Below are positions 51,980 to 57,259 of a stretch of 57,259 bases of DNA, one piece after another (positions within the stretch are counted from its first letter, which is position 1; every line of letters starts with the position of its first letter). The DNA is from an uncultured virus (IMG/VR IMGVR_UViG_3300028920_000028). Lineage: Duplodnaviria; Heunggongvirae; Uroviricota; Caudoviricetes. The stretch lies in the IMG/VR virus record IMGVR_UViG_3300028920_000028. The stretch is one strand, 5' to 3'. Under the pieces are notes generated by a model. It saw only the letters and a program-made list of their open reading frames with translations, searched no databases and had not been told where the DNA came from. The translations under genes were made by a program, and so were the position numbers.

Positions 51980-54900
51980 TTACGGTGCCTTCACCACCGG
52001 CCGCCCCACAAGTTCGAAGGCGTCCACCGAATCGACGCTCGTGAACGTGGAAAGCAGATTCCGCGTCCCCGAGCAGGTCTCGCCGCTCACGGCGACCAGA
52101 TACAGCCTGCCTGTGACATCGCGCGTGCCCGAGACAAGATCCTCGGCCGACCTGGCGAACAGGTAGAACTGGCAAACCTTCCTGCGGCGCCCGCCCTCCT
52201 GCGCCGCCCCTAGATCCTGGTAGATCACGTGCGGCCGCGGCGTGCCGGACTCGAGCCGGAACACCGGTGTGGCCCCGGAGGCCAGCAGGAAGTCGTACCG
52301 CCCCCTCGTGTTGGTCTTGACCTGCGCCCCCAAAACGAAGTCGTTGGCCCGGGACGAGAGCGGGTCGTTTGGTTTGGCGGCGGCGAGCGTCGCCAGGAAC
52401 TTGAGTGCCCCGGCCGGCAAGTCGAGGTCGTCGGATTTGCAGGAGTGGTCGGTGACGTACGTGCCCGTGGAGTCGGTGACCACATAGGACGGAAGCCTGT
52501 CGACGACGTTCGACACGCCCGATGACGGTGTGTCCTGGCGGTAGACGGCGTACGGGGCGCCCGTGTAGCCGGCGCCGACGTAGAGTTCGGACAGCCTCAA
52601 ACCGCCCGTTCCCGTGACCGACTCAACCCTGTAGCCCGTGTTCTCGTCGATCACCCCGGTCGCCCCCACGGCGATGTAGTCGCCCGCCTTGACCCTCCCC
52701 GACCAGTCAACCCCCGTGTCCCCGCTGACAACGCGCTCGCCGTTGAGGACTGCGACCGTCCCGTCGGAGTAGCCGTGGTTCGCGATGGACCCCGACCCCA
52801 AACTTGTCAGCAGGGCCCCGCAGTCGGACAGGAGCTTGCCGCGCAACTCGGTGGAGGCCGACAGGATGCCTTGGTACGGGGTCATCCTGTAGTAGAACGT
52901 GTAAGGACTTTCCGATCCCGTCACCGCGCTGTGCACGAGGACGGGGACGCGTATCTTCGACTTGCCCACCGTGCCCGACACCACTATCCTCGTCGGCAGC
53001 CAATCCACCGCGTAACTCGATGGCCCCATGACCGGAAGATCATCGTTGGCGGTGGTTTCCGTTATGTTGAAGTAGGATCCGTCCGAATGCACGAACGCCT
53101 CCGGCACGCCTACCTCGTGCTTGTCGCCCACCGGGCCGACCATGCTCGTCTTCGTCGCCAGGGCGATGATCGGCTTCCCGACGGACGACGTGTCTACCAC
53201 GTATTTGCCCGGGGTGTCCTCCTCGGCGACGACCTCGATCATCTCGTAGGTGTCGGTGACGCCGCGCCCCTGCTTGTTCGTCTCGAAGAACTTCATGCTC
53301 CCGGACAGGTCGTAGGCGGACCCCGCGTCGTCCGGTACCTTGCTGCCCGTGTAGAGCGTTATCTGCACGTCGGTGCTCGGATGGGCCGCGGCCGTGATTT
53401 CGTAGCTGTCCACGACGTAGGGCGGCCCGACCGTCACGGACCGGGCGACGGAGAAGGACACCGGGTCGCCGTAGGAGGACCCCGATGCGGGCCTCACGCT
53501 CTTCACGCCCAATATGTAGTACCCGTTCAGCCTGCCGCCTGAGAGGCTCTCGGTCACCTTCCCGGCCCCGTTCGTGGCCCTGTGTATGACCAGTTCGTGC
53601 CCGAAGTTGTAGCCCTCGGTGTAATTCCCGCCGCGGTAGCGCACGAAGTCGGCCGCGTCAGTGTCGCCGACGTTCGGGGTCAGTCCGAAGTACAGCAGTT
53701 GCTGGGAGTTGTTGAACCTCACACCGACCGTCCGATCCCTCGTGGCGATGGGCATGTACGTGCCCTTGGACGCCTCCAGCATCTGCCGGGGCACGTCCTT
53801 GAACCCGGAGGGCGATGAATCGTACTCGAACGTGAACTCAAGGTACAGGCTCGCCGAGGTGCCGACGAGGTTGCTGCCGGCCGCGATGGTGACGGACGAG
53901 GTGTCGTAGGCCACCCCGGTCACCAGCGCGCCGAGGTCGGTGCTGAACACGCCCTCCGTCGAAACCATGCTCCCATAGCTCTTGTCGAAGAAGCTGGAGA
54001 CGGATATGGTGCCTGCCGACCAGGTCGCCCCGTTGATGGGGACCTCGACGACGCAGTTGTCGTGCTTCACGGAGGCGTTGCAGAAGGCCCTCCGGAACCC
54101 GTCCCCCGTCCCCATGTTCGGGATGTTGTCCGACCCGGTGCTGTTGATGCGCTCGGCCTTCGTCAGGATCGCGCCGCCGCTGACGGCCGAACTTGATAGC
54201 CCGTCGGCGTCGTGTCCCCGCTCCGCAGCGGTGGATAGGTCGCCCGAAAGAAGCCTCGACAGGGTGGTTTGGACGGAGTCGGCGACGTCGCCGGAGTCGG
54301 AGGCGACCCGGTGCCTGAAATCGACGACATCCTCCGCGCAGACCGCGTCCGCGATCGTGGCGTCCGGCCTGTCCTTGACGTAGCCGTCGGCCGACCTGGC
54401 CACGGTGGTGTACCCGTTGTTGATCTGCGTGGCGTTGAACACGGAGGCCGAGGGCACGCGCCTGTAGACCAGGAGCATCGGTATGGCGTAGACATAGCCG
54501 TCTACCGTCTCGAGGTTGGTCTGCGCCGTGGACGACCCGTCCCCGGCGACGTACAGGCCTATGTCGTCCGCGCCCTTGGGGGCGAAGGAGTAGAACGTGT
54601 ACTCCCCGGTGCTCCTGCCCCCGATGGGGTGCACGCCCACGTCGGCGAAGACATCGCTGTCGGCCGACAGGACCGTGGAGACGGACTCCGAACGGATCCT
54701 GTATTGCACCTGCACCCTCTGCGAGGTCTCGGTGCCCACGGCGGGCCAGAGGATCTCGTTGTCCGTGTACGGGGTCGCGGTGACGTTGCCGTAGGGGTAG
54801 AGGGGGTCGGAGTAGGACACCAATTTGCGCCAGACCTCGAGGAAGACGAAGTCGTACCGCTGGCCCGCCGCGTCGTTCAGCTCGATGACGTTGTTGTCGT

Positions 54901-55246
54901 CCGGCGAGTTGACGCCCTGGACGAGTATGCGCCAGCCGTTCACCACGGCGACGTTGCCGCCCTTCGACACCAGCTTAAGGGTGTTGGCCTCGTAGGACTC
55001 GGATGTCAGCACGTCGCCCGACTGCGCATCGGACTCCGAAACTGTGGAGGAGACGTCGCCCACCCGCATCCACCCGGACGGGAGCGCCAGCCTGGAGGCC
55101 TCGAGGGCCTTCTGGTTGCCGATCTGGTTGATCAGGTTCCACTCGGACGTCAGCGGCGGCCGGCCTGTGAGGAAGACCACGTTGTCGAGGCCCCTGCCGT
55201 CGACCTCTATTACCCTGTTCTGCCCGGTGCCGTAATAGTCCGACAT
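51980..55246 (-). CDS. Large virion structural protein (baseplate/tail)
   Basis: 1088 aa, beta-rich; N-terminal VVFLTGRPPLTSEWN, DFVFLEVWR, ETSQRVQVQYRIR, TVDGYVYAIP. Confidence 0.75.
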   Translation of the reverse strand: MSDYYGTGQNRVIEVDGRGLDNVVFLTGRPPLTSEWNLINQIGNQKALEASRLALPSGWMRVGDVSSTVSESDAQSGDVLTSESYEANTLKLVSKGGNVAVVNGWRILVQGVNSPDDNNVIELNDAAGQRYDFVFLEVWRKLVSYSDPLYPYGNVTATPYTDNEILWPAVGTETSQRVQVQYRIRSESVSTVLSADSDVFADVGVHPIGGRSTGEYTFYSFAPKGADDIGLYVAGDGSSTAQTNLETVDGYVYAIPMLLVYRRVPSASVFNATQINNGYTTVARSADGYVKDRPDATIADAVCAEDVVDFRHRVASDSGDVADSVQTTLSRLLSGDLSTAAERGHDADGLSSSAVSGGAILTKAERINSTGSDNIPNMGTGDGFRRAFCNASVKHDNCVVEVPINGATWSAGTISVSSFFDKSYGSMVSTEGVFSTDLGALVTGVAYDTSSVTIAAGSNLVGTSASLYLEFTFEYDSSPSGFKDVPRQMLEASKGTYMPIATRDRTVGVRFNNSQQLLYFGLTPNVGDTDAADFVRYRGGNYTEGYNFGHELVIHRATNGAGKVTESLSGGRLNGYYILGVKSVRPASGSSYGDPVSFSVARSVTVGPPYVVDSYEITAAAHPSTDVQITLYTGSKVPDDAGSAYDLSGSMKFFETNKQGRGVTDTYEMIEVVAEEDTPGKYVVDTSSVGKPIIALATKTSMVGPVGDKHEVGVPEAFVHSDGSYFNITETTANDDLPVMGPSSYAVDWLPTRIVVSGTVGKSKIRVPVLVHSAVTGSESPYTFYYRMTPYQGILSASTELRGKLLSDCGALLTSLGSGSIANHGYSDGTVAVLNGERVVSGDTGVDWSGRVKAGDYIAVGATGVIDENTGYRVESVTGTGGLRLSELYVGAGYTGAPYAVYRQDTPSSGVSNVVDRLPSYVVTDSTGTYVTDHSCKSDDLDLPAGALKFLATLAAAKPNDPLSSRANDFVLGAQVKTNTRGRYDFLLASGATPVFRLESGTPRPHVIYQDLGAAQEGGRRRKVCQFYLFARSAEDLVSGTRDVTGRLYLVAVSGETCSGTRNLLSTFTSVDSVDAFELVGRPVVKAP

Positions 55247-55255
55247 TCTCTATCC

Positions 55256-56206
55256 TTATCTGCCGCGGTCGATAATGCGCATGCGCACGAACGACAGCGG
55301 GTCTATGACCTTGGACTCTATGGTCGGGATCTGCGCCATGAAACCTATCAGGTCGTCGTAGCTGCCCGCCAGCTTGTCCATGACCTCCTCGGACAGGAAC
55401 CACGACGCCGGGTAGCGCGTGTTCCTGTGGAACGCGTCGTCGATGTAGACCAGCGGGGCGGCGGACACGGCCGCCTCGGAGACCATCTCCTTGATCGTCC
55501 CGTAGCTGTCGCTCACCCCCGGTATCAGCACGCTGGCCATCATGCGGCCGTCCTCCGGGTCGTCCGACGAAAGCTTCCTGCGCAGCCTCTGGGCGGACTT
55601 CGACAGCATGTCGCTCGACCCCTCCACGGACGACCAGGGGAACTTACCCCCGTCCATCCTGCCCCGCACGCGGTCGAGTATGGCCTGCATGTCCTTGGAA
55701 CCCCACATGCTCTCCACGAGCCTCTTGCGGGTGAGCATCATCGATGCGTCCTTGACCATCGAAACCGCGGACGACACGGCGGACGCCCTCTCCGACAGCA
55801 CGCCGACGTTGTGGGCGAGCGCCTCCATGTTCATGGCATCGTCCAGCTTCAATTCGGCGGGCTCCACGACCCCCTCGCCGCCGCCCTTGAGCCCCCTCAC
55901 CGTAACCTTGCCCTCGCCGAGGCTCCCCTTGAGCTTCTCGACGACCGACTCCATCTGCTCCTCGGACGGCCCGTGGAGGACCACAACCGTCCGTGGCCTC
56001 CCGCCACGGAACACCTTGGACACCAGGTCGGACACCACCGTGGCGAACGGATCGCCCGGGTCGCCCGAGGCCACGTCGTAACCGTTCAGCATGCATCTGC
56101 TGGACGGGCCGTCGGAAACGACGTTGACGCTGTCGCCGCCGACCTTGATGCGGCCGGTGACCTCAAGCGCCGATGCCTCGATCTTCCGTACGATATGCCT
56201 CATCAC
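55256..56206 (-). CDS. Hypothetical protein
   Basis: 316 aa, ATGA overlap. Confidence 0.7.
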   Translation of the reverse strand: MMRHIVRKIEASALEVTGRIKVGGDSVNVVSDGPSSRCMLNGYDVASGDPGDPFATVVSDLVSKVFRGGRPRTVVVLHGPSEEQMESVVEKLKGSLGEGKVTVRGLKGGGEGVVEPAELKLDDAMNMEALAHNVGVLSERASAVSSAVSMVKDASMMLTRKRLVESMWGSKDMQAILDRVRGRMDGGKFPWSSVEGSSDMLSKSAQRLRRKLSSDDPEDGRMMASVLIPGVSDSYGTIKEMVSEAAVSAAPLVYIDDAFHRNTRYPASWFLSEEVMDKLAGSYDDLIGFMAQIPTIESKVIDPLSFVRMRIIDRGR

Positions 56207-56814
56207 GCGGTTATCCGGAAGATGATGGTCAGCGCCATCGTCGCCGTCTTGTTGATGACGGGTATCGTGCGCCAGTTGATCATCGTTCCCGTGTTCCTTT
56301 CGGACGTGGCGTCACCCCCGAACAACGCCAGTTCCACCATGGGTCCGACACCCTCGGACTCGCCGAAGGTCACCACGTAATCCACGATGTTGGTGCGGGT
56401 GGTGGTCGGCTCGCCCGTGTCCGGGTGCACGAAGGTCGACATGTCTATCTGCTTGCGGAAGTACTCGTTCTCGAGCAGAGTCTGCGATGTGGTCGGGGCC
56501 GGCGGGTCGAACATGTCCCAGCTGGCGTTCCCGCTCCCCACGGCCAGGTAGGATATGCCGGCGGCCGGCTCGGAGTTGTCCTTGAGGAGCCGCGCTATCA
56601 GGATGGACGCGGTGTTGACGATGATGTTGCTGTGGTGGTACTCGCGGACAAGCTGGCCGTGTTCGTAGGCCTTCACGAAGAGTTCGCCGCTCAGCTGCGG
56701 CTGCCCCTCCCGGAAGATCATGGAGGAGGACATCCTCAAGGTTCCGCCCGCGGCTTTCTTCAGGTTCTCCCGGAATTTCGGCATTGATTTCCTCGCTGAT
56801 TCTGGATGTGACAC
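56203..56814 (-). CDS. Baseplate/tail-collar-type structural protein
   Basis: NIIVN, YLAVGSG, TLLENEYFRK, ELALFGG, INKT pattern. Confidence 0.75.
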   Translation of the reverse strand: MSHPESARKSMPKFRENLKKAAGGTLRMSSSMIFREGQPQLSGELFVKAYEHGQLVREYHHSNIIVNTASILIARLLKDNSEPAAGISYLAVGSGNASWDMFDPPAPTTSQTLLENEYFRKQIDMSTFVHPDTGEPTTTRTNIVDYVVTFGESEGVGPMVELALFGGDATSERNTGTMINWRTIPVINKTATMALTIIFRITA

Positions 56815-56833
56815 GGACTAATAAGGTCTTGCC

Positions 56834-56848
56834 ATTAAAAGGTTATTA
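56834..56848 (-). promoter_or_regulatory. Candidate late-promoter motif TAATA-N5-TTAAT
   Basis: Matches 34281-34295. Confidence 0.4.
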
Positions 56849-56869
56849 CCTTCCCCCCTGCGGCGGGGG

Positions 56870-57259
56870 TCAGAGCCTCACGAACTCCTGTATCTCGGTG
56901 ACCTTCACGTAATTCGAGGGGAGAAGCTCGCGCACTATGCGCTTGTTGAGCTGGTAGTTCGCGTCGGACAGGCCCAGGCTGGAGGGCGAGGCCCCGTCCC
57001 TCAGGGCCTCCACCTCGTCGGTCGTCAGCACCACCAAGGCCAACGGGTAGCTCGACGCGGCCACCGAGGCGCTGACCTCCTCGGTGCTCTCCAAGAGGGT
57101 CCCCCTGAAGACCAAAGTCTGCATAACCGCTTGATCCACGTTCCAGTAGAACCTGACTATGTTGTCCGCGACGTCGTCGAGCAGGTTGACGGGATCCTCG
57201 ACAATTATCCCGGTCTCGCCCATGTTGAAGGTCACCAGGAACAGCTCCTGGTCCCAATT
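56870..57259 (-). CDS. C-terminal part of a probable structural protein (starts beyond the window)
   Basis: Open frame to the right edge, ending ...EIQEFVRL. Confidence 0.6.
   Translation of the reverse strand, partial: NWDQELFLVTFNMGETGIIVEDPVNLLDDVADNIVRFYWNVDQAVMQTLVFRGTLLESTEEVSASVAASSYPLALVVLTTDEVEALRDGASPSSLGLSDANYQLNKRIVRELLPSNYVKVTEIQEFVRL

Noticed and set aside
1..57259. Stop-codon reassignment
   Set aside because: Conserved genes are uninterrupted in code 11, and TAG, TGA and TAA all end genes

Overview
A gene-dense, high-GC segment of what is most likely a large tailed (jumbo-type) bacteriophage genome. Nearly all genes are on the minus strand, with frequent ATGA start/stop overlaps and the standard genetic code. 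In transcription order (right to left) it carries: (1) virion/baseplate genes; (2) a replication block with SNF2 helicase, loader-like protein, DnaB, stand-alone primase Zn finger, family A DNA polymerase, sigma-like factor, NAD-dependent ligase, dCMP deaminase and ParB; (3) a tail-fibre-like gene; (4) a long accessory region rich in RNA/translation-repair functions (tmRNA, Rnl1-type RNA ligase, Thg1, phosphatases, queuosine-salvage-like hydrolase), a lysis-like membrane cluster and glycosyl/methyl transferases. The most striking element is at 23.4-27.1 kb. A near-consensus sigma70 promoter drives a ~420-nt non-coding transcript of two tandem RNA modules, each closed by a 25-bp 5'/3' stem (GGCUCUUU...GAAGAGCC) and one enclosing an aberrant tRNA cloverleaf. 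Directly downstream lies an operon encoding a ubiquitin-like protein ending in Gly, a Ro60/TROVE-vWA protein and a Cys-motif protein. A JAB protease, a small Cys-rich protein and an E1/ThiF form a separate operon at 14.5-15.7 kb. Together these suggest a phage-encoded Ubl-conjugation plus Ro60/Y-RNA-like ribonucleoprotein system. All family calls come from motif recognition by eye; no database search was run.
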